The position numbers and the translations under genes were made by a program. From an uncultured Ectothiorhodospiraceae bacterium (GTDB taxonomy: Bacteria > Pseudomonadota > Gammaproteobacteria > GCA-002705445 > GCA-002716945), in NCBI GenBank assembly GCA_964342155.1, contig CAYFEQ010000001.1, forward strand, positions 64,761-101,999: 37,239 bases of DNA, in the 5' to 3' direction. Shown in pieces: positions 9,011 to 17,141 of this stretch. Positions within the stretch are counted from its first letter, which is position 1; every line of letters starts with the position of its first letter. The notes below the pieces were generated by a model that did not search any database, was not told where the DNA came from, and saw only the letters and a list, made by a program, of their open reading frames with translations.

Positions 9011-10364
9011 GATTGAATTTGATTATTACAGCAACACTTTAGAAATCTTTGATTTTTTGAAAGACCAAGATTGGTCAGTTTTTTTATGTAGCAATTTTGA
9101 TGTATTTGATAGAGAAAAATATGATATTATTTCCTGCTGTCCAATTAAAAAGATCATCGCATATCAAAACGCAACAATTGTTGAAACCAATGGTTCTAAA
9201 AAAGTTTTTAGAGACGACCCTATAGATGTACTTAAAAATATAATGAACAAATCTTTTTCTAGTAATCATACTGATTTACCTTTTTCCGGAGGCGCTATAG
9301 GATATTTTTCATATGACTTGGGAAATAAATATGAATCAGTTAAGCCTATTGGAGTTGATACCGATAATACTCCAATCATGGCATTTGGTATTTATGATTG
9401 GTCAATAATAATTGATCATAAATTAAAAAGGTCAATTTTGATATACACTACTGAGAATAATTTAATAAAAGAGATTATAAAAAACTTTAAGAAGAAAAAG
9501 TTTTCATTAATCAAAAAACGTGAATTTTCTATTCATTCACAGTTTGAATCTAATTTAAGTTATGAAGAATATGTTGAAAAATTTAATTCTATAAAATCCT
9601 ATATTGAAAAAGGGGATTGTTATCAAATAAATTTTGCACAACGATTTTCTCTTTCATATAAAGGAGATACCTGGGAAATATTTAAGAAGGTTTTGACAAA
9701 ATACAAAGCTCCATACTCTTCATATATGAATTTCCCATTTGTTAAAATTTTAAGTTATTCTCCAGAAAGATTTTTGCAAATAGAAAATAATCATGTAGAA
9801 ACAAAACCTATCAAAGGCACTAGACCAATACATCAAAACAAACAAAAAAATTCTCAATTAAAAAAAGAACTTGTTGATTCAAATAAAGATAAAGCTGAAA
9901 ATCTTATGATAGTTGATTTATTGAGAAATGATTTAGGCAGAAACTGTAATTTCGGCTCTATAAAGGTAAAAAAACTTTTTGAAATAGAAACTTTTTCAAA
10001 TGTGCATCATTTAGTTAGCACCATAGAAGGTGAGATATCAAAAAAGAGTGATGTTTTTAAATTAATAAGAGGCTGTTTTCCTGGAGGATCAATCACAGGT
10101 GCTCCAAAAATACGATCTATGCAAATAATTAATGAACTTGAACCAAATAGAAGAAGTATTTATTGTGGGTCAATTGGCTATATTAGTTTTAATGATAAGG
10201 TAGACTTAAATATTGCTATTAGAACTATTATTGCAAATAAAGAACATCTTTATTTCTGGGGTGGCGGAGGTATAGTTTATGATTCTAATGTTAAATCAGA
10301 ATTTCAAGAAACTTTAGATAAAGTTAATCCAATTATAAATGCTCTCAAATCAAGCACTACTTGA
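9003..10364 (+). CDS. pabB: Aminodeoxychorismate synthase component I
   Basis: PFSGGAIGYFSYD, GDCYQIN, SPERFL, TKPIKGTRP, AENLMIVDLLRNDLGR, FPGGSITGAPK and NIAIRT motifs; fits supply of p-aminobenzoate for methanopterin. Confidence 0.9.
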   Translation: MNKIEFDYYSNTLEIFDFLKDQDWSVFLCSNFDVFDREKYDIISCCPIKKIIAYQNATIVETNGSKKVFRDDPIDVLKNIMNKSFSSNHTDLPFSGGAIGYFSYDLGNKYESVKPIGVDTDNTPIMAFGIYDWSIIIDHKLKRSILIYTTENNLIKEIIKNFKKKKFSLIKKREFSIHSQFESNLSYEEYVEKFNSIKSYIEKGDCYQINFAQRFSLSYKGDTWEIFKKVLTKYKAPYSSYMNFPFVKILSYSPERFLQIENNHVETKPIKGTRPIHQNKQKNSQLKKELVDSNKDKAENLMIVDLLRNDLGRNCNFGSIKVKKLFEIETFSNVHHLVSTIEGEISKKSDVFKLIRGCFPGGSITGAPKIRSMQIINELEPNRRSIYCGSIGYISFNDKVDLNIAIRTIIANKEHLYFWGGGGIVYDSNVKSEFQETLDKVNPIINALKSSTT

Positions 10365-11036
10365 ATTTATAGCTAATGAAACTTGTTTCAATAAGTTAAT
10401 ATCAATCTCGCTTCTATCAGTATGATTTGAACATAATTGCCCACGGAAGCCTAGGAAATCTGGATTGTATCTTTTAAGATTATTAATATCACTAATCTTG
10501 AGTGAGCCAGATAATCCGCAAAGCGTTTTATTTTTTTTATTTATTGATATAAATTTTTTTATTTCTGAAGGTTTTAAGATTTCAGTCATAGATTTAGAAT
10601 CCTTATTAACTGTATCAATCATAATTCCTTGATAGCCCATATTAATAAGATCCCGCATTATATCTAAATCAAATGTTTTATCTGCAAATAGAACACAAAT
10701 AGGTTTCGTTTGTGTAAAAGAAAATTTCTCTAATAGTAGCTTATGCTCATCAATCATAGTTTTGTCAAATAAGCCAATTTTTATATATTCAATTTTCTGA
10801 TTTATGATCTTAGATAATATTGAAACTGTTTCTGGATTGTTTGGATTCCTATTATTGCCTAAGGTCACACTAATTTTATGATTCTGTAAGGTTTGTTTAG
10901 CTTTATTGATAATATCTAAGCCAACAAAGCCAAGAGCACCATCATCGACATTTTTTAAATCAACAATATCAATTTTTGCATTACTAATTTTTTTTGCCTC
11001 ATCAATATTCTTAATACTTGCAAGAAAACCAGTCAT
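10350..11036 (-). CDS. mfnB: (5-formylfuran-3-yl)methyl phosphate synthase-like protein (Orf22, DUF556)
   Basis: FLASI, IDIVDLKN..GALG, YIKIGLF, VLFAD, GIMIDT.NK, GLSGSL and PDFLGFRG.LC motifs. Confidence 0.82.
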   Translation of the reverse strand: MTGFLASIKNIDEAKKISNAKIDIVDLKNVDDGALGFVGLDIINKAKQTLQNHKISVTLGNNRNPNNPETVSILSKIINQKIEYIKIGLFDKTMIDEHKLLLEKFSFTQTKPICVLFADKTFDLDIMRDLINMGYQGIMIDTVNKDSKSMTEILKPSEIKKFISINKKNKTLCGLSGSLKISDINNLKRYNPDFLGFRGQLCSNHTDRSEIDINLLKQVSLAINSSSA

Positions 11037-11593
11037 TATTTTTCTCTATAATCAGCAATTTTATTTTCTATCCAGTTCCAGGCTTCCTTTTCCCTATCAC
11101 CAGCAGTTTTTTCTATACCTATTTTTAGATATTCAATCTCTTTTAAAATTTTATCTAAGGATATACGTCCTAATCTACTAACCAAAACAGAAGCTTCAAT
11201 GACAGAGAACTGAGCTCTGTTAAAACCTAAGAATGGACTATGGACTTTTTTATTTAAGATTTGGCATATAACTTTAGGCCTGACTTCATCATCAATTATA
11301 TCTATTACAGAAATTTCAAAGTGAGAGTTTACATTTTCTAGTCTTGGAATATCTGTGGTATTAAGATTAATTAAGGGCCAATCTTTTTTTATTCCACAAA
11401 TTATGCCTGCAAATATTCTTACATCATCCGTAAAATTTATTACAGCATTTTTTTGTGAAATTAGATTCACTAATGTTTTTGATGGTTTAAAAGGGGAAAC
11501 AAAAACTTCCTGCTGATTCATTTTAATTCCCATTGGGGCAATATGTACTTCACCGTCATTAGATTTAGTAGTTACTATAACTTCATGTATCAT
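11036..11593 (-). CDS. orf19: DUF447-family protein Orf19 (methanopterin cluster)
   Basis: IHEVIVTT, HIAPMG, PFKPSKTL.NL, GFNRAQ..VIEA.VLVSRL and EKTAGDRE motifs. Confidence 0.85.
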   Translation of the reverse strand: MIHEVIVTTKSNDGEVHIAPMGIKMNQQEVFVSPFKPSKTLVNLISQKNAVINFTDDVRIFAGIICGIKKDWPLINLNTTDIPRLENVNSHFEISVIDIIDDEVRPKVICQILNKKVHSPFLGFNRAQFSVIEASVLVSRLGRISLDKILKEIEYLKIGIEKTAGDREKEAWNWIENKIADYREK

Positions 11594-12978
11594 TTCTTTT
11601 TATATGTTGATCCAGTAGGTTTAAAAGACATTTTATCATCATCTTCTTTTTCAACTAAACAGCCCCAGGATAATTCTTCATCTTGAGAGTAGAATTTACC
11701 TAATTGATATGCAATTTGTGCTCTTGCTAGTTCGACACCAAGATAGAAGGCATGACCGGAATCATTATCAACATTAAGATTTTTGAAAAAGTCAAAAGGG
11801 TCTTTTGCAGTTTCAAACCCATCTCTGTTGAAAACATGAATTCCTTCATCTGTAACCATAATTCTATAGCTAGGGTCTTTAATATCTTTTGATAATTCTA
11901 TAACCTCATCATAAGAAAATTTAAAAGGCTTGTCTTCGTGAGTTGTTAGTAAATTATTGCTTATATGTTTGGGCGTCATATTACTCACACTTGATGCGTG
12001 AAGTATTCTGCGCGCTATATCAGTCTCTTTTATAACTGTTTTGCAATGATCACTAACTTGTGTGGTTAAAATATGATTTATTTTTAATTCTGAAGTTATA
12101 CCCATCAATAATAGAGTAAGACCAGTTGTATCAGCATGAGATAGTTCTGTTAAATTACCAGAACCCATCATGATATGTATATCAGGATATTTTTCTCTTA
12201 ACTCAGCATATCTTAAAATAGATTTTGTAAATCCAAAATTAATAGGATCTAGGATAGAGTCAGCTATAAAAGTTCTTTTTTGTTCAATACATTTATCTAT
12301 AATTTTATATAATTCATCTAGTTTTCCATCTAGCGGAATAAGAATAGGGTACGAATCTACTTGATCTAAGATTTTAAAATTATCTGACTTTATGCTCAAA
12401 ATATAATCTGCTCCTGCTTTACCACCCCTGATTAGCTCTTTATCATTATGAGAATCGACACTTACAAAAAAATCTAACCGTTTTAATTCCTGCACTACTT
12501 CTTCCAAATGTTCAAACTTAATATTTGGTAAACACCCAATGTCTATTACATCGGCCCCATTATCTCTATAAAAATTTGCTTGATTTACAATCTGTTCTAG
12601 ACTCATATTTGGTGCGTCAGTAATTTCAGCAAATATAGAAACCTCATATTGTGATAAATCGTGCTTGAATGATTCTTTACCAAATAAATTAGGCAAGTCC
12701 TTGAGTTCCTCGGGCCCACGAACAAAATCAACTTTTAATTTTTTTGATAATGCTGAGATATCACCTCTAGCCCTCCCTGGGATTATAACCTTATCAAAGT
12801 TAGAGACATCTCCAATCCTTCTTTCTATCATTTGTGTTGTCAATAATGATGCAACGCTGATACTTAAGTTACGTATTTCATATTCAAAAGGAAGCTTTCC
12901 CATTTCATCTATAACTCTCTTTAAACTTCTTTCAGCAAGTTTTCCCGTAATAAAAAGAATTTTTTCTTTTAACGCCAT
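11590..12978 (-). CDS. orf20: Dihydropteroate synthase-like protein Orf20 (methanopterin biosynthesis)
   Basis: ILFITGKLAE, RGPEELKDLP, IFAEITDAP, GADVIDIGCLP, SVDS, ILDPINFGF, GNLTEL, HAFYLGVELARAQIA and QDEELSWG motifs. Confidence 0.88.
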   Translation of the reverse strand: MALKEKILFITGKLAERSLKRVIDEMGKLPFEYEIRNLSISVASLLTTQMIERRIGDVSNFDKVIIPGRARGDISALSKKLKVDFVRGPEELKDLPNLFGKESFKHDLSQYEVSIFAEITDAPNMSLEQIVNQANFYRDNGADVIDIGCLPNIKFEHLEEVVQELKRLDFFVSVDSHNDKELIRGGKAGADYILSIKSDNFKILDQVDSYPILIPLDGKLDELYKIIDKCIEQKRTFIADSILDPINFGFTKSILRYAELREKYPDIHIMMGSGNLTELSHADTTGLTLLLMGITSELKINHILTTQVSDHCKTVIKETDIARRILHASSVSNMTPKHISNNLLTTHEDKPFKFSYDEVIELSKDIKDPSYRIMVTDEGIHVFNRDGFETAKDPFDFFKNLNVDNDSGHAFYLGVELARAQIAYQLGKFYSQDEELSWGCLVEKEDDDKMSFKPTGSTYKKK

Positions 12979-13502
12979 TTTTTTAGTACTTTATTTAATT
13001 CATCAATATTTTTGACAACATCAATATTTTTAAATTTTTTTAATAATTTATAATTTTTAAGATCAATCTCTCTAGGGTAAACCGTCACCATTTTACCTGG
13101 AGCGGGCGTTATAATTACTGGTTCTGTGTCACACGCTAAAACAATTGAATGAACATGACATTTGCCAGCTTGCGCAAAAATATTTGTTATCAGATTGTCA
13201 GAGAAACCATAAGCCATTTGAGCAACTGTATTAGATGTTGCTGGTGAAACAATTAGAACCTTATAAACATCTTCATAAAATAAACTTACTGGAGCAGAAC
13301 TTGCAGTCACATCTTTAAAAACCTTTATCTTCTTTTTTTTAAGATCGCTTAACTTATAACCATACCATTTTAAAACCTCTTCTCCTGCTTTACTCAAGAA
13401 CAAATCTATATTGTCTAAAGAATTAATAATCTCCATTGATTCTTTTAAAAAATGACCGGACCCTGTTATCCCCCAGGCTATTCTTTTATTTTTACTATTC
13501 AT
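12969..13502 (-). CDS. dmrB: AfpA/DmrB-type flavoprotein (dihydromethanopterin reductase)
   Basis: AWGITGSGH, DLFLS.AGEEVL, SPATSNTVA, FAQAGK and ACDTEP motifs; no Fe-S ferredoxin insert. Confidence 0.82.
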   Translation of the reverse strand: MNSKNKRIAWGITGSGHFLKESMEIINSLDNIDLFLSKAGEEVLKWYGYKLSDLKKKKIKVFKDVTASSAPVSLFYEDVYKVLIVSPATSNTVAQMAYGFSDNLITNIFAQAGKCHVHSIVLACDTEPVIITPAPGKMVTVYPREIDLKNYKLLKKFKNIDVVKNIDELNKVLKKWR

Positions 13503-14109
13503 TTTTATTTAAAATATTTTTAATTTTTTCTTTATGTTGATTCAAATCTTCCTCATTATTAATATTTATAAACAGATCTTTATTGTTTGAGAAGTCAATA
13601 TAATTGACTGAACATAATTCAAACCATTTATCAATTTTTCTTTCTCCTGATTGCAAAAACCTCTCAAGATTGCCAAGCAAGGACTTGTTTATGAGGCAAT
13701 ACACAGGTTGTAATCGTTTTCCATCAAACGCAACATTAATATCAGAATCACTTTCTAATAATATCATTTTTTTGAAGTAAGATTCGTTAATAAATGGACC
13801 ATCGCATGGCAGAGTAATTAAATATTCTGTACTAGACTCCTTTAAACCTGTATACATTCCAGCTAATGGACCTAGATACCCACTTATTGAATCCATACAT
13901 ACTTTATAACCAAAACCATCATAGCTTTCTAAGTTTTTATTAGCATTGATTAAAACATGAGCACAAAAATTTTGAGCTAAAGAGTATAAATGTTGTATTA
14001 CATATTTATTATTAATCTGCATAAGGCCTTTATCAATGCCTTTCATTCTGGAGGATTTTCCACCAGCTAAAATTAAAGCAGTTAATTGATTTTTATCTAT
14101 TTCAATCAT
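13495..14109 (-). CDS. mobA: Molybdenum cofactor guanylyltransferase
   Basis: ILAGGKSSRM..DKGL, GPLAG, PCDGPF, GERKI and FININ motifs. Confidence 0.9.
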   Translation of the reverse strand: MIEIDKNQLTALILAGGKSSRMKGIDKGLMQINNKYVIQHLYSLAQNFCAHVLINANKNLESYDGFGYKVCMDSISGYLGPLAGMYTGLKESSTEYLITLPCDGPFINESYFKKMILLESDSDINVAFDGKRLQPVYCLINKSLLGNLERFLQSGERKIDKWFELCSVNYIDFSNNKDLFININNEEDLNQHKEKIKNILNKNE

Positions 14110-14162
14110 GGCATTAATACAAAATAAAATATAAAATAGTCTACTTAATAGAATAACCTAGC

Positions 14163-15128
14163 ATGACAAAGAAACGAATATATTTAGCTCCAATGGTTGG
14201 TAGAACAGATCAACATTTCCGTACTTTTATAAGAATCCTATCAAAAAATATCCATCTTTATACAGAGATGATTACTTGTGATACTTTTCTCCATTCTAAT
14301 AGAAATAGAATAAAGGTTCATAATTATGAGGATCCTATTACGATACAGTTAGCAGGATCTGATCCTGAAAAGTACATGAAATGTTCAAAGATTATTCAAG
14401 AACAAGGTTTTAGTGAGATTAACTTAAATATAGGATGTCCTAGTAATAAAGTTATAAAAGGCAAGTTTGGAGCATGCTTAATGAATTACCCAAACCAAGT
14501 TGCTGAGATTGTAGAAGCAATTAAAGAATCTTGTTCTTTACCTGTTTCTATTAAAACTAGATTAGGGCTTGATTATGATGAGAATTTAGATTTATTACAC
14601 AAGTTTATTCATAAAACATCTAATGCAGGATGTAATACTTACTTTTTACATGCGAGAAATGCAATCCTAAAAGGAATAAGCCCAAAAAAGAATAGAAGTA
14701 TACCTTCCCTCAGATATGATGATGCTCTGAAGGTTAAACAGGAATTCCCGAACCTTTCTATAATTTTGAATGGAGGAATTAAAACTATGGATGAGGTAAT
14801 TCATTATTCAAACTTATTTGATGGAATAATGATTGGTAGAAAGATTTATGATGATCCTATGTTCCTTATCAATATAGAACATAAAATTTTTAACTCAATG
14901 TCTTTTTTTGATAAAAAAACTATCTTAGAAGTATATTTAAAATATTCAATTAACCAAATCAACTCAGGTGTAAGTAAATATTTTTTATTTAAACATTTAT
15001 TTGGTTTATATTATAAAACAAACTTTTCAAAGAAATGGAAGAAGTTTCTAAATATGATTATCCGTGATGAAGTTGATATTTTAAAAGTACCCTTGTTTGA
15101 GGAAATGATTTATGAAAAAAAAATCTAA
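14163..15128 (+). CDS. dusA: tRNA-dihydrouridine synthase A
   Basis: LAPM, LYTEMI, EINLNIGCPS..V..G.FGACLM, HARNA.L.GISPK.NR.IP.LRY, LNGGI and GIMIGR motifs. Confidence 0.88.
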   Translation: MTKKRIYLAPMVGRTDQHFRTFIRILSKNIHLYTEMITCDTFLHSNRNRIKVHNYEDPITIQLAGSDPEKYMKCSKIIQEQGFSEINLNIGCPSNKVIKGKFGACLMNYPNQVAEIVEAIKESCSLPVSIKTRLGLDYDENLDLLHKFIHKTSNAGCNTYFLHARNAILKGISPKKNRSIPSLRYDDALKVKQEFPNLSIILNGGIKTMDEVIHYSNLFDGIMIGRKIYDDPMFLINIEHKIFNSMSFFDKKTILEVYLKYSINQINSGVSKYFLFKHLFGLYYKTNFSKKWKKFLNMIIRDEVDILKVPLFEEMIYEKKI

Positions 15129-15921
15129 ACTAACTTCAAAGAATGCTGATATATATGATTTATATGAGAGGTCAGTTCAGTCGGTTGAATTTGAAGTTGA
15201 ATTCATAGAAAAAATGTTTAAAAAATATAATAGAGGTAAATGTCTCGATATTAGGGAAGATTTTTGTGCAACAGCTAGTATTTCCGCTACATGGGTTAAA
15301 GATAGTAAGAAAAAAACTGCTTTTGCAATAGACTTAGATAAAAAAATATTGAATGTAGCAAAAAAGAGAATAAATAAATCTTTATCTGAAGAACAATCCA
15401 AGAGATTGCATTTAATTCATGGAGATTCACAAACCCACAAAACAAAGAAAGTAAATTCGGTTGTTGCAATGAATTTTAGTTATTGGGTCTTTAAAAATAG
15501 ATCTGATTTAAAAAAATACTTTTCTAATTCACTGAAACATTTAAAGAAAGATGGAATTCTTTTAATAGATGCATTTGGTGGATATGAGGCTCATCAAGAA
15601 CTTGAAGAAAGTACCAAACATAATGGATTTACTTATGTTTGGGATCAGAGTAAATTTAATCCAATCAACAATGAAATTACCTGCTATATTCATTTTGAAT
15701 TTAGTAATGGATCGAAAATAAAAAAAGCTTTTAAATATGATTGGAGGCTTTGGTCTCTCCCAGAAATTACTGAATGCTTAAAGAGTGTAGGTTTTAAATC
15801 AATTGATATTTATATGCAAGGCTGGGATGAAAAAAATGATTGTGAATCTGAAAAATTTTATCGAATGAAAGAATGTGACCCAGACCCTGGCTGGATTGCA
15901 TATATAGTGGCATTAAAGTAA
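15112..15921 (+). CDS. Class I SAM-dependent methyltransferase, uncharacterised family
   Basis: LYERSVQ, REDFCATA, AIDLD, AMNFSYW, IDAFGG, YVWDQ and YDWRLWSLPE motifs. Confidence 0.7.
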   Translation: MKKKSKLTSKNADIYDLYERSVQSVEFEVEFIEKMFKKYNRGKCLDIREDFCATASISATWVKDSKKKTAFAIDLDKKILNVAKKRINKSLSEEQSKRLHLIHGDSQTHKTKKVNSVVAMNFSYWVFKNRSDLKKYFSNSLKHLKKDGILLIDAFGGYEAHQELEESTKHNGFTYVWDQSKFNPINNEITCYIHFEFSNGSKIKKAFKYDWRLWSLPEITECLKSVGFKSIDIYMQGWDEKNDCESEKFYRMKECDPDPGWIAYIVALK

Positions 15922-15957
15922 ATAAAGAGAAATATATATATATTCAGTTTTTTTCTA

Positions 15958-15963
15958 TATAAT
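15958..15963 (+). promoter_or_regulatory. Sigma70 -10 box of rnpB
   Basis: Perfect TATAAT ending 6 nt before the predicted RNase P RNA 5' end at 15970. Confidence 0.65.
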
Positions 15964-15969
15964 CAAATC

Positions 15970-16300
15970 GGGAGTCAGCAATGCAGTTGCTGCAACTTGC
16001 AGAGGAAAGTCCGGGCTCCATAGGCAAGAACGCCAGGTAACTCCTGGGAAACGTGAGTTTACGGAAAGTGCTACAGAAAATAACCGCCAGAAATCTGGTA
16101 AGGGTGAAAAGGTGAGGTAAGAGCTTACCACGTATTTGGTAACAAATACGGCTAAAGCAAACCCCGTTCGGAGCAAGGCAAATTTATAGCGTAATGTCAG
16201 CCTAAGACTTGCTATATGGTATGCTGCTTGAGGTTTTTGGTGACAGAAACCCTAGATTAATAACTGCACTCGACAGAACCCGGCTTATTTGTTGACTCTC
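15970..16300 (+). ncRNA. rnpB: RNase P RNA, bacterial type A
   Basis: Conserved GAGGAAAGTCCGGGCTCC and GACAGAACCCGGCTTAT segments; terminal P1 helix GGGAGTCAGCAA/TTGTTGACTCTC; usual position upstream of mraZ. Confidence 0.96.
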
Positions 16301-16415
16301 AGCCCATTTTCTTATAATTAAATTAATATAAACTTGTAAGTTATTGTTTATAAAAGATTTAATAAAACCATTTAAAAAATCACCATATAAACACATAAAT
16401 TGATCAGTGTGATGC

Positions 16416-16444
16416 TTGCATATGTTAAAAAAAACGCATATAGT
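16416..16444 (+). promoter_or_regulatory. Sigma70 promoter of the dcw operon (Pmra)
   Basis: TTGCAT (16416-16421), a 17-nt spacer, then TATAGT (16439-16444). Confidence 0.65.
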
Positions 16445-16488
16445 GTTGATAAATGGTGTTTTTTGTTAAATTGTGGAGAATAATGGTA
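16443..16488 (+). promoter_or_regulatory. MraZ autoregulatory binding repeats (10-bp period)
   Basis: GTGTTG (16443), ATGGTG (16453), TTGTTA (16463), GTGGAG (16473) and ATGGTA (16483) at exact 10-nt spacing, resembling known GTGG[A/T]G MraZ boxes. Confidence 0.65.
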
Positions 16489-16491
16489 GAT

Positions 16492-16944
16492 ATGTTTAGA
16501 GGCATACATAATATAAATCTTGACGCTAAAGGTAGGCTAGCTATCCCTACTAAGTATAGAAGCGCCATAAATGATCAATCATCTGGGAATATGATAATTA
16601 CAGTTGATCCAGGTGAAAAATGCCTTCTGCTTTACCCGCTATCTTCTTGGAATGATATTGAGAAACAAATCAATGACTTACCTGCTTTTCAAAAAAACTC
16701 CCGTAGAGTACAAAGATTATTAGTTGGTCATGCAGAAGATATACAGATGGATAAAGCTGGAAGAATTTTAATATCTCAGCCCTTAAGAGCTATCGCAGAA
16801 TTAAGTAAAAAAGTCACGATGATTGGCCAAGGAAAAAAATTTGAAATTTGGGGAAATAATCACTGGGAAAACAAGATATCAAAATGGAGGACTGAAGAAA
16901 CAGATGAGTCTGAAGAATCGGTTTTAGGAGGAATTAGAATCTGA
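16492..16944 (+). CDS. mraZ: Transcriptional regulator MraZ
   Basis: MFRG...NLDAKGRLAIP and MDKAGRILI repeats, GQGKKFEIW; likely start is the ATG at 16492. Confidence 0.95.
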   Translation: MFRGIHNINLDAKGRLAIPTKYRSAINDQSSGNMIITVDPGEKCLLLYPLSSWNDIEKQINDLPAFQKNSRRVQRLLVGHAEDIQMDKAGRILISQPLRAIAELSKKVTMIGQGKKFEIWGNNHWENKISKWRTEETDESEESVLGGIRI

Positions 16945-17141
16945 TGGATATAACAAGGTGTTTTAGAACATTGGGTATAAGTGGTCATGAAGATATGAGT
17001 GCCATCAAAAAGGCTTTCCTTAAAGTTGCTTTGAAATATCACCCTGATAAAACAAAAAATGATGTTAATTTGCTTCAAAGATTTATAGAAGCTCGGAATG
17101 CATATGACAGCATCATCAAATTTAAAAAGGCTATTAAATGA
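16944..17141 (+). CDS. Stand-alone J-domain (DnaJ-domain-only) protein, 65 aa
   Basis: LGI...IKKAF.K.ALKYHPDK...F..A.NAY J-domain signature with intact HPD; AGGAGG at 16926-16931; TGATG overlap with mraZ and ATGA overlap with rsmH. Confidence 0.88.
   Translation: MDITRCFRTLGISGHEDMSAIKKAFLKVALKYHPDKTKNDVNLLQRFIEARNAYDSIIKFKKAIK

Noticed and set aside
15955-16396. Two minus-strand ORFs (73 and 64 aa)
   Set aside because: They are antisense to the RNase P RNA gene, a common false call.
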